NCBI GenBank assembly: GCA_050050355.1
Contig: JASFUJ010000001.1
Span: 1-32,071 of the forward strand
Reading direction: 5' to 3'
DNA from: Acidobacteriota bacterium
GTDB taxonomy: Bacteria; Acidobacteriota; Thermoanaerobaculia; Multivoradales; DATKCC01
Length of the DNA: 32,071 nt
Numbering within the stretch: the first letter of the stretch is position 1; every line of letters starts with the position of its first letter. The position numbers were made by a program, and so were the translations under genes. Below, piece after piece: positions 13,498 to 21,704 of the stretch. Under the pieces are notes generated by a model. The model saw only the letters and a list, made by a program, of their open reading frames with translations, ran no database searches and had not been told where the DNA came from.

Positions 13498-14217
13498 ATG
13501 GGTTTCGAATTCGACAAGACACAAATGACAATCATTGAAATTCTAAACGGGACGGTTAAAGATATTCGCGAAAATATTGACCTTCTGGCAAAAGACTACA
13601 AAGCGAAAACAGGAAGGGACGTTTGTCGTTCTTGTCCTTCGGACATTCAATACATGATTTTATCACTTAAAAATTTGTATAAAATGACACAGTTTAAATT
13701 TAAACGTCATGCCGCTATGTATAAAAACAAGAAGGGCGACAAGGCGACAATTTCGAACGCCACAATGACGGACGAAAAAGCGATTGAATTCTTACGGACT
13801 AATCCTGAAAGAATCAAATTATTTTCAGATTACCCTTCAAACTGGGAACAACTTATAATTGACGGCGTTGATTCCGAAACCGCTGAAGAAAAAGAAGCCC
13901 GCCTTGCCGCTGAAGCTGAAGCGAAAGCTGTTGCTGAAGCTAACAAAAGTAAGGAAGAAGAAACAACAGAAGAAGCCAAAACCGACGAAAACGGTCAAGG
14001 TTCTGTTGAAGAAGAAAAGGCTGAAGATACTGGCGAAACTGACGCTGAAAAAGAAGCCCGCCTTGCCGCTGAAGAAGCGGTTCAGGGAAACGCGGCAAGT
14101 GAAGAAAAGCCTTCGCGCGACGAATTAATGAAAATGCAATTAAAAGACTTGCGCGTTAAATACCCAGATATTAAGGCAACGAACATAAAAGACTTTGTTG
14201 ACAAAGTTCTTGCCTAA
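13498..14217 (+). CDS. hypothetical structural-module protein with acidic repeat region and HeH/SAP-like C-terminus
   Basis: 239 aa. EEKEARLAAEAEA and EKEARLAAEEA are encoded by a perfect 28-nt in-frame direct repeat. The C-terminal SRDELMKMQLKDLRVKYPDIKATNIKDFVDKVLA resembles a helix-extended-helix motif. Confidence 0.7.
   Translation: MGFEFDKTQMTIIEILNGTVKDIRENIDLLAKDYKAKTGRDVCRSCPSDIQYMILSLKNLYKMTQFKFKRHAAMYKNKKGDKATISNATMTDEKAIEFLRTNPERIKLFSDYPSNWEQLIIDGVDSETAEEKEARLAAEAEAKAVAEANKSKEEETTEEAKTDENGQGSVEEEKAEDTGETDAEKEARLAAEEAVQGNAASEEKPSRDELMKMQLKDLRVKYPDIKATNIKDFVDKVLA
13888..13915 (+). repeat. 28-nt perfect direct repeat, copy 1 (copy 2 at 14047-14074)
   Basis: gaaaaagaagcccgccttgccgctgaag occurs twice, 159 nt (53 codons) apart, in frame. 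Confidence 0.9.
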
Positions 14218-14242
14218 TAAGTAGGTACTTTAAACCGAATCA

Positions 14243-14290
14243 AAGGGCTTTATTTTGCTTGTGTCAAGTAAAGTGAAGCCCTTAATTTTT
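14243..14290 (+). terminator. long hairpin (about 19 bp with 3 G-U pairs) followed by a T-run; terminator or RNA structure upstream of the portal candidate
   Basis: aagggctttattttgcttg (14243-14261), loop tgt, then caagtaaagtgaagccctt (14265-14283), followed by aattttt. Confidence 0.5.
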
Positions 14291-14303
14291 ATACTCAAAG
14301 AAA

Positions 14304-15701
14304 ATGAAGCTATATTATAACCAAGTGTCAAGCACTATTCTTGACGTAAAAGTTGATAAAAGAAACGAATGTTTCAATTTTGGTTCTGACAACGCCTTTC
14401 CGTCATTGATTGAAGCCTTGATTTCAATGTCAATTACTTCAAAGAATTGCGCCGACCGTGTCGCAAAAGCTATTTACGGAAAATCATTCGGCGACGCTGG
14501 AAAAGTTAAAGTAAACAGCAAGGGTCAAAGCTTGAACGAAGTTTTAAGAATAGCCGCCCGCCAATATTCAAAACATAATAATTGTTATTTACAAGTAACT
14601 TATGACGCAAACCTTGACGTCAAAGCAATTGTTGTCGTTCCAGTAACAGACGTAAGAATCGGGAAAGCTGACGACAAAGGATATTCGGGGAAATTTCTTG
14701 TTTATGATAACTGGGATAAATCCAAAAGTAAAAAGATTAAGCCTTCAGATTTCAAGGTTGTTGACAAATACAATCCAGAAAAAAAAGTAATTGAAGGTCA
14801 AATTCGCGCGGCTTCAAAAGAAAAAGGCGCGAAAGAAGCTAAGATTGAAGACATCATTCAGAACTACAACGGTCAAATCTTGCACTTACGTAAAGACGAC
14901 GGATATATTTATTCATTAACAGATTTAAACCCCGCCTTATCTGAAGCACTTCTTGAAGCGAATTCGCAAACGTTCAGAAGTCGGGGCGCGTCAAAAGGCT
15001 TTTTAAATACAAAATTATTGACTGTTCAGCCGTTTAAAGACGACGACACAAGGAAAGAATTCAAAAAGGACTTAAATTCGCTTAGAGGGGCTGAAAATTC
15101 GTCTGACGTTCTTCTTCTTGAAACGTCCCAGCAATCGGACGACCTTTCAAAGCAAGTAAAACTTGACGACCTTTCGGGAACTTATAACGATAAACTGTTC
15201 GAATATTCAGACAAGCAAGCAGAAAAGAACATTTGTAAAGCCTTTACAGTTCCTTTAATGTTAGTTTCACAGACAGACAATTCGCTTTTCGGTTCTTCTG
15301 GGGAAATGCTGAAGGAAGCAAAGCTTCAGCTATGGGAAAACCGCGAAGAAGAACGCGACCAATTCGAAGAAGTGTTTTCTGGTATTATGAAACTTTTTCA
15401 AGAAGGCAAAAAGATTGAAGAAGGTTTGAAGATATTGAATCCTTATGTTGATGAACAGGAACAAGGAAGCGTAAATATAAATAAACAAGCACAAGCGACG
15501 CTTCGCGGTTCTGTTGGTGGTGTTACTGCAATTCTTGACGTTGTAAAAGCTGTAAAAGAACAGACAATTGACAGAGAAAACGCGGTTTCTATAATTGTAA
15601 ATATTTACGGATTCAGCGAAAAGAAAGCAAAACAAATGGTCGGCGGTTTTGACGGCGAAGGGAATCCAGTTGAACAGAATAGTAAAACAGTACAAAATTA
15701 A
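14304..15701 (+). CDS. portal protein (candidate)
   Basis: This call is provisional: I verified no motif. At 465 aa it is the only ORF of portal size without carbohydrate-binding or fibre features, and it is followed by a connector-like gene. Confidence 0.45.
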   Translation: MKLYYNQVSSTILDVKVDKRNECFNFGSDNAFPSLIEALISMSITSKNCADRVAKAIYGKSFGDAGKVKVNSKGQSLNEVLRIAARQYSKHNNCYLQVTYDANLDVKAIVVVPVTDVRIGKADDKGYSGKFLVYDNWDKSKSKKIKPSDFKVVDKYNPEKKVIEGQIRAASKEKGAKEAKIEDIIQNYNGQILHLRKDDGYIYSLTDLNPALSEALLEANSQTFRSRGASKGFLNTKLLTVQPFKDDDTRKEFKKDLNSLRGAENSSDVLLLETSQQSDDLSKQVKLDDLSGTYNDKLFEYSDKQAEKNICKAFTVPLMLVSQTDNSLFGSSGEMLKEAKLQLWENREEERDQFEEVFSGIMKLFQEGKKIEEGLKILNPYVDEQEQGSVNINKQAQATLRGSVGGVTAILDVVKAVKEQTIDRENAVSIIVNIYGFSEKKAKQMVGGFDGEGNPVEQNSKTVQN

Positions 15702-15706
15702 ACAAA

Positions 15707-16243
15707 ATGGCTAATTTGATAACAGCAACGGAATTCGCGTCATTTAGAAATGTTTCAATAAAAAGGGACGACGCGAAGATTGACGAAGCGATTTCGCTGG
15801 CGCAACAATCCGACCTTCTTGAAATATTAGGGGAATTTTATTTTGACGTAATAAAAAACGCGGCTGAAGCTTCTTATTCCGAATTAATGAACGGTTCAGA
15901 ATTTGAATACAACGGCGAAAGCTTTGAACATGCTGGAATTAAAAAACTTCTTGCTGACTATGCTTATTCGCGTTATATCTATATGAAGCCAGTAAACGAC
16001 ACGGCTTTCGGGTTTATAGTTAAGGAAACACAAGACGGAACGCCAGTTGACAGGAATTATTTAAAAGACATGCAAAAGCAAGCGCAAGTTGACGCGGGTG
16101 TCAAGTTTAAATTCATTGAATTATACATTCTTGCAAATACAGCAACGTTCCCGCGATATTGCACAGCTTCAGACCGCGACAAATATTTGAAGGATAGGTT
16201 TTCGGTAGGTTCATTTTCAACCCAAAAATTTAGTAAATTATGA
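15707..16243 (+). CDS. head-tail connector/adaptor-like protein (candidate)
   Basis: The N-terminus LITATEFASFRNVSIKRDDAKIDEAISLAQQSDLLEILG resembles gp6-type connector N-termini. It lies directly after the portal candidate. Confidence 0.4.
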   Translation: MANLITATEFASFRNVSIKRDDAKIDEAISLAQQSDLLEILGEFYFDVIKNAAEASYSELMNGSEFEYNGESFEHAGIKKLLADYAYSRYIYMKPVNDTAFGFIVKETQDGTPVDRNYLKDMQKQAQVDAGVKFKFIELYILANTATFPRYCTASDRDKYLKDRFSVGSFSTQKFSKL

Positions 16244-17229
16244 TAACCATTGAAAGAAGTTCAAAGAACGGTTTTTTTACTATTGACGGTCTTGACTACC
16301 ATCAAAACCACTATACAATTGAATACGACAACGAAAAGGGAACTGACGAAACAAGAAACTTTTCGCTTAGAAACATATTCACAGGAAATAAAATTGTTGC
16401 TTCGCGTGGTTATGCTGAAATAACAGACGTTAATTCATGGGGTGAATTAATGGAACTATTGAACGAAGTCGGGGCTTTGAAAAATAATGACGTTGCAATT
16501 TCAGACCAAACAAGCCCAGTCGTTATAAATCCGTTTAACACCCCAGTTGTTTCTTCAACTTCAACGGGCGCGGTTGCGATTGGTGAAAAAGACGTAACAG
16601 TTGCAAGTATTACAAGTTTTGCAGTCGGTCAACATTTAACTTTATTTAGTCCAGACGACAACCGTTTTTATTTAGGTGAAATTCTAGCTATTAACGGAAG
16701 TGTAATTTCAGCCGACACGCCTTTTGACTTTGATTTTCCAGCGGGTTCTTATGTTATAGGCGCAATTAAGAACATGAATGTCAACGGAAGTATAACGCCT
16801 GTTGCGTTTGGATTAAGAAATCCCGCTTTGATGCTTGGAACGCTTGAAACGACTTTTGATGTTACGCGTTTAATGTTTGTTTGTACGGCTGCAAGTGCTG
16901 TCGATTTATCAAAATTTGGCGACATTGTTGGCGGTCTAACGAAAGGAATTGTTATCAGGAAAATTGACGGAACTTACAGGAATATATTAAACGCCAAAAC
17001 AAACGGCGACCTTGCAAATATAATGTACGATTTTAATGTTCAGGCGGCTTCGAATCCAGCAATAGGACAAGACGGATTCACGGGACGTTTAACTTTTGCG
17101 GGTCAAAATAAAATTGGCGTTGCGATAAGGCTGGAAGCTGGGGAAGATTTACAAGTAATTATTCAAGACGACCTTTCAACATTAACGTCATTTTATATTA
17201 TTGCCGAAGGACATGAAGTTGTATATTAA
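16240..17229 (+). CDS. virion structural protein, unknown role
   Basis: 329 aa with an ATGA overlap with the upstream gene. Its N-terminus (MITIERSSKNGFFTIDG) resembles that of the fibre protein at 18758. Confidence 0.7.
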   Translation: MITIERSSKNGFFTIDGLDYHQNHYTIEYDNEKGTDETRNFSLRNIFTGNKIVASRGYAEITDVNSWGELMELLNEVGALKNNDVAISDQTSPVVINPFNTPVVSSTSTGAVAIGEKDVTVASITSFAVGQHLTLFSPDDNRFYLGEILAINGSVISADTPFDFDFPAGSYVIGAIKNMNVNGSITPVAFGLRNPALMLGTLETTFDVTRLMFVCTAASAVDLSKFGDIVGGLTKGIVIRKIDGTYRNILNAKTNGDLANIMYDFNVQAASNPAIGQDGFTGRLTFAGQNKIGVAIRLEAGEDLQVIIQDDLSTLTSFYIIAEGHEVVY

Positions 17230-17240
17230 ATCAATCAATT

Positions 17241-17675
17241 ATGAACACTTGGTTTGAAGTAAAAATAAAATTCAATAAGACAGGCGACGACGGGAAAGAC
17301 AAAACAGTTTCCGAAACATATCTATTTGACGCGAAAAGTTTCACAGAAGCCGAAGCGCGGACAATTGAAGAACTGACCCCTTACGTTTCTGGCGAATTGA
17401 AAATTGAAGCTATAAAGAAAGCGAACATTGTTGAACTTTTTCCTTACGATTCTGGCGAAATATGGTTCAAGGTTGCCGCCGAAATGATAACACTTGACGA
17501 AGGCGCGGGAAAGGAAAAGAAAGTAAAGCTTCATTATTTGATATTAGCCGACGACATTCAGCAAGCTTTGACGCGATTCACGAAGAACGTTGACGCTTCT
17601 GTTGTTCCTTACATAGTTACTTTAATTACAATGACTGGAATCATTGAAGTTTATCCTTATAACGAATCAGAATGA
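17241..17675 (+). CDS. DUF4494-like protein
   Basis: WFEVKIKFNKTGDDGKDKTVSETYLFDAKSFTEAEARTIEELTPYVSGE matches my recollection of the Bacteroidota DUF4494 family (WFE-x-K-x-x-Y-x-K...K-K-V-T-E-x-Y-L-V-D-A-x-S-F-T-E-A-E). The two halves end in ELFPY and EVYPY. Confidence 0.5.
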   Translation: MNTWFEVKIKFNKTGDDGKDKTVSETYLFDAKSFTEAEARTIEELTPYVSGELKIEAIKKANIVELFPYDSGEIWFKVAAEMITLDEGAGKEKKVKLHYLILADDIQQALTRFTKNVDASVVPYIVTLITMTGIIEVYPYNESE

Positions 17676-18289
17676 ACAGTATAAAATTAAACAAAGGCGT
17701 AATTTACAATTTGATAATAATTGCTTTAGTGATTTATATTGTATCGCTACGCCAGAAAGAAGAAGAACAGATTATTGTTCCTTCACAAGAAAACGAAATG
17801 ACAGTTGAAAACCCTATCGAAGAACAGCGTTTTGATACTGTTATTTATAAAGATTCAATCAGAAACATTGAAGTTGTAAAAGTTGTTAAGGTAGAAAACC
17901 CAGTCAATGAAGATTTGCTTGAAAAATATGAACAGGCAATAAAAGACAATGACAGATTGAAGCAAATTTCGCTTTATAAAGAAGCAATAACAGAACGGAA
18001 ATACAATCAGGTGTTCGAAGATTCAGTTCAAACAATAACGGTTAAAAGTGAAGTCATAGGGACTTTGAAAACTCAATCAGTCCATTATTTGACTAAGCCA
18101 AATATTATAAGCGTTCAAAAAGAACCCGAAAAAATATCCTTGTTTGCGGGCGGCTTTGCCTACGGATTCAAAGAACCTGCGTTCGGTTTAAATCTTAACT
18201 TGGTAAATAAAGAAAAAAATCGAATATTTATAGTCGGATATGACACGAAGAACGTTGTTCATATTGGCGTAACTTTTAAAATTTATTGA
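17672..18289 (+). CDS. N-terminally membrane-anchored protein next to the holin (lysis accessory / spanin-like candidate)
   Basis: It has one TM helix (VIYNLIIIALVIYIVSL), a charged helical middle and a beta-rich C-terminal part ending in VTFKIY. ATGA overlaps link it to both neighbouring genes. Confidence 0.4.
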   Translation: MNSIKLNKGVIYNLIIIALVIYIVSLRQKEEEQIIVPSQENEMTVENPIEEQRFDTVIYKDSIRNIEVVKVVKVENPVNEDLLEKYEQAIKDNDRLKQISLYKEAITERKYNQVFEDSVQTITVKSEVIGTLKTQSVHYLTKPNIISVQKEPEKISLFAGGFAYGFKEPAFGLNLNLVNKEKNRIFIVGYDTKNVVHIGVTFKIY

Positions 18290-18753
18290 ATATGGAAGAC
18301 ATTTTGAACTTTGTAAAAAGTTTGCTTTATGCCTTGTTTGTGTACTTGGGAATTAAAACGGGAATTGTGAAAGTTTTATTTTTATTAATGGTCATTGATT
18401 CGGTGCTTGGAGTAATTAAAGCCTTCAGGCTGGGTCAGAAGTTTAGTCTTAAAAGATTGGGCTGGGGAATGGTTTCGAAGCTTTCTATTTTAGTTATTCC
18501 GATGATAGTTGCTTTAATGGCAAAAGGCTTAAGTTTAAATTTTAACTATTTTGTTGTTGCCATCATCGACATAATAATTGTAAACGAAGGTATTTCATGT
18601 ATTACGAATATTCTGGCAATCAAGACGAAGAAACAAATCGAAAATACTGACTATATTACGAAGATGCTTGAAGCAATAAGGCGGGCGTTTATGTCGATTA
18701 TTCAGCGGCTTCTTTGTGCTATTGAAAAGAATAATATAACCGATAAAAAGTAA
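18286..18753 (+). CDS. holin (phage_holin_4 / phi LC3-TcdE-like family)
   Basis: VKVLFLLMVIDSVLGVIKAFRLGQKFSLKRLGWGMVSKLSILVIPMIVALM follows the family pattern (M-x-x-D-x-x-x-G-x-x-K-A...S-x-x-x-x-x-G...K) and there are 3-4 TM segments. Confidence 0.7.
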   Translation: MNMEDILNFVKSLLYALFVYLGIKTGIVKVLFLLMVIDSVLGVIKAFRLGQKFSLKRLGWGMVSKLSILVIPMIVALMAKGLSLNFNYFVVAIIDIIIVNEGISCITNILAIKTKKQIENTDYITKMLEAIRRAFMSIIQRLLCAIEKNNITDKK

Positions 18754-18757
18754 AGCA

Positions 18758-21211
18758 ATGATTTTAATTAATTCATACGACGAAAAGCACTTCACAATTG
18801 ACGGCGTAATGTTTGCGAAGATTTATCAACCATTGGCGCAAGGTTCACAAGGTATCGGAATTTATTCGATATATGACACAAAGCAAAGGCTTGTTAATTC
18901 AACAAAATACACAGAATTTTCAATTGACGGTAAAACTTACAGCACACAAGAAGCCACTATTTCGGCGATTCTTGCTGTTACTTGGTACGCTTTAAGTGAA
19001 AGCGACATTGAAGTTCTTTCAAACAGAATCGACAACATTGAAGAAAACCAATACACGGGCGTTGTTGTTTATGAAACTTTGGCTGAACTTCCTGTAACTG
19101 GGACGTTGCTTGTTTCTTATAAAGTTTCAAACGATTCGACTTCTTCAAATAATGGTTATTATCATTGGAACGGTTCGGCTTACGTAAAGGACGCAAGTCT
19201 TGTTTTATCTGAAATCGACCCGACAAATGAAAGCGAAGCACTTTCAGCGGCGGCAACTGACAGGTTTGTAAATAGAACGATATTGCCTTATAATTCCCGC
19301 TTTAATTCCGATACACCTGTAACGTTGTCAACGGCTGGCGAATTTGCAATAACTGTCGGAACTGGGAACTTGTATTTGTACGAAACGAACGCGCTTAGAA
19401 TCGAAAATACAGTTGCGGCGAACTTCGTTCTTGCAAATACTACAATCTTAGACGGTAACGACGGACAAACTTTATATTATAAGTTTTACGCGAAATGGAT
19501 TTCAGGAAGCAAGAAACTTTTTATTAGTGCTGGCGACACAGCCCCCGAAAGTGATTACACGGACAAGGTTACACTTTCAAGCGATTATCAGCTTTTCGAA
19601 GGAAGCGTTGAGGTCGGAACTGTTTACGCTGACAGGTTAGCGTTCTTGATTGTTGGCGCGGTTGCTGAAATAGCAATCAAAGACTTTCAAGTTCTTATTG
19701 ACGAACAAGGTTTCGGCGTAGGTGAACAGGATTTGCAGCAAGTTCAACTTCAAGTTGACGCTTTGAACGAAGAAATATTTGACGAAAATATTGTTCCTTC
19801 AGATTCAAGGTTTAACGAAGACACAAACATTGACGGAACGAATATAGGTGTTTTTGAATTTACGCTTGGGGCTGCAACCGTTGACGAAATCGCAATTGAA
19901 CAGGAAGGCGTAAAAATCGACATAACTGGAACGGGCGGGAATGTGAATTTCAACGATACTTCGATAATATCTTCAATTACAAACGGGAATGAAGTTCATT
20001 GTCAGTTCAAAATTAAATGGCTTGAAGGGAATGACAAGCTTTATTTTGCTGTTACAACTTCAACAACTGGCGCGGTTCAGATTGCACATTCGACAAGTTG
20101 GCAAATAGTGAACGCAAAATTGACAAAGGGTACAGAATACCCGAATCGCGTTGCTTTCTTCTGGGCTGGTACAACTGGAAAACAAACAGTAATTATCAAA
20201 GATTTAGTAATTGACGACACAGAAATTGTTTTCGGGGAAATAAGTAAGCTTAAAGACAGAGTTGACATAATTGAAACGCAAATCGGGATTGAAGACCCAG
20301 AAACGGAAAGCTTGAAGGTTTCAATTATCGGGGATTCAATTTCGACCGCTTCTGATAACAACGCCGTTGAAATTGAAGTTCTTTCTTCTGACGTAGGCGG
20401 AACAATTGAAGCTTATGTAACAAAATACGACGTTGACGCGGGCTTAACAATTGGCGGTTATACAGTTCAATCTTCAGACATTGGAGTTCTGAAGACATTT
20501 AGCCCCGATTCTGGCGACATTGGGAAGGTTGTCGGAAAGCCTTTGAATTATAATGCACTTACACAAAATCAACTTTGGTGGGGAATACTGGCGGAACGAA
20601 AAGGCTGGGAAATACTTCAAAATGTTTCTTGGTCTGGGGCTTCGATTAGTTCACACGAAGGAAGTATTGAACAATATAAAACGTCTTACGCGTGGCATCC
20701 AGCGCAAATAAACAAATTACAGAAGCGAAACGACGCGGGGGTTTACGAAACGCCTGACTTGGTTATTGTTTATCGCGGGACAAATGACTTCAGTCATACG
20801 CCCTACGCAAAATTAACTTCGTTCGACGCTTCTGAAACTGAAATTCCTTCTGACGACATTGTGAATGTTTCTGATTATGGTTACAAGGAAGCCTTGACGC
20901 TTTTGGTTAAAACTATACGCGAAACTTATCCTTTGGCTGAAGTTGTTCTTTGTACGCTGAACGTTTTTAAGCGTGTTGTTTACGACCATTTTCCAACACG
21001 TAACGGAACGAACACGCTTCCAGAATTCAACAACGCAATTCGTGAAGTTGCGAATCAAATGGGTTGTCGTTTGATTGAATTTGACAAAGACGGAATAACA
21101 TTCGAAAATGCTTATCCGACTTATATTTCGGATTCTGCAACGATACCAACACACCCGAACGCAACGGGTCATTCGAAAATGGCTGAAAAAGCAATCATTG
21201 ACTTATCATAA
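18758..21211 (+). CDS. tail fibre/spike protein with two beta-sandwich (CBM-like) modules and a C-terminal SGNH/GDSL esterase domain
   Basis: The SGNH blocks are VSIIGDSIS (block I, GDS), VIVYRGTNDF (block III, GxND) and PTHPNATGHSKMA (block V, HP..GH). The upstream modules are at 19283-19708 and 19793-20227. Confidence 0.75.
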   Translation: MILINSYDEKHFTIDGVMFAKIYQPLAQGSQGIGIYSIYDTKQRLVNSTKYTEFSIDGKTYSTQEATISAILAVTWYALSESDIEVLSNRIDNIEENQYTGVVVYETLAELPVTGTLLVSYKVSNDSTSSNNGYYHWNGSAYVKDASLVLSEIDPTNESEALSAAATDRFVNRTILPYNSRFNSDTPVTLSTAGEFAITVGTGNLYLYETNALRIENTVAANFVLANTTILDGNDGQTLYYKFYAKWISGSKKLFISAGDTAPESDYTDKVTLSSDYQLFEGSVEVGTVYADRLAFLIVGAVAEIAIKDFQVLIDEQGFGVGEQDLQQVQLQVDALNEEIFDENIVPSDSRFNEDTNIDGTNIGVFEFTLGAATVDEIAIEQEGVKIDITGTGGNVNFNDTSIISSITNGNEVHCQFKIKWLEGNDKLYFAVTTSTTGAVQIAHSTSWQIVNAKLTKGTEYPNRVAFFWAGTTGKQTVIIKDLVIDDTEIVFGEISKLKDRVDIIETQIGIEDPETESLKVSIIGDSISTASDNNAVEIEVLSSDVGGTIEAYVTKYDVDAGLTIGGYTVQSSDIGVLKTFSPDSGDIGKVVGKPLNYNALTQNQLWWGILAERKGWEILQNVSWSGASISSHEGSIEQYKTSYAWHPAQINKLQKRNDAGVYETPDLVIVYRGTNDFSHTPYAKLTSFDASETEIPSDDIVNVSDYGYKEALTLLVKTIRETYPLAEVVLCTLNVFKRVVYDHFPTRNGTNTLPEFNNAIREVANQMGCRLIEFDKDGITFENAYPTYISDSATIPTHPNATGHSKMAEKAIIDLS
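19793..20227 (+). repeat. 145-aa module shared with the 26467..29814 gene (partner 28060-28494)
   Basis: Gap-free hand alignment gives 99 of 145 identical residues, running from VPSDSRF through KIDITGTGGNV, FKIKWL, YPNRVAFFWAG and QTVIIKDL to IDDTEI. Confidence 0.9.
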
Positions 21212-21215
21212 AATT

Positions 21216-21704
21216 ATGAAAATCAGAAATAAATTCAGTTTCGGAAATACAAGCCAACAAAGAAGAAAAGGCGTTTCAAGGTATTTGATTTTAGCTTCAG
21301 ACCGCGCTTTGATGTGTTCACCTGTTGACTTCGGCGTTCCTATGGACGGCGGCGTCCGTGAAGCAAGTCGTCAAAATTGGATATTCAAACAGAAATGGTC
21401 TAAGTGCGACGGATATATAAAGAAATCATTTCACCAAAAGAAAGACGAAAACGGCGAAGGTCAAGCCCTTGACCTAGTTCCTTATATTGTTGGCGAAGGT
21501 CTTTGTTACGACGCTTTAGGTCGCTTCGGTGTTATTGGAATGTTAATGCTGGAAGCTTGGCAAGAATTACAAGAAGAAGGCAAGGTTCCAAAACATTTAT
21601 ATTTGCATTGGGGCGGACTTTGGAAGAAGAAAAAGAATAAAAGTCTTGGCTGGGATTTAGCACATTTTGAAATTCGGGAATATGAGCAAACAGAACAAGT
21701 TTAA
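21216..21704 (+). CDS. endolysin, peptidase M15 (VanY / L-Ala-D-Glu peptidase-like)
   Basis: GGVREASRQN...SFHQKKDENGEGQALDLVPY...HWGGLW...WDLAHFEI matches the H-x(n)-D...D-x-x-H zinc triad layout of M15 peptidases. I chose the start at MKIRNK (21216) rather than the track start at 21108, which lies inside the fibre gene. Confidence 0.75.
   Translation: MKIRNKFSFGNTSQQRRKGVSRYLILASDRALMCSPVDFGVPMDGGVREASRQNWIFKQKWSKCDGYIKKSFHQKKDENGEGQALDLVPYIVGEGLCYDALGRFGVIGMLMLEAWQELQEEGKVPKHLYLHWGGLWKKKKNKSLGWDLAHFEIREYEQTEQV

Noticed and set aside
13859-14128. The track lists Lys-rich alternative-frame ORFs (13859..14128 and 11154..11402) overlapping the acidic parts of 13498..14217 and 10475..11845.
   Set aside because: A frame-shifted reading of GAA/GAAG-rich sequence automatically yields K-rich ORFs. 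There is no independent start context, slippery site or other support.
21108-21215. The track gives an upstream start at 21108 for the endolysin ORF.
   Set aside because: It would overlap the last 104 nt of the fibre gene and add a basic low-complexity leader. ATG 21216 has the recurrent AATT-ATG context and starts 5 nt after the fibre stop.
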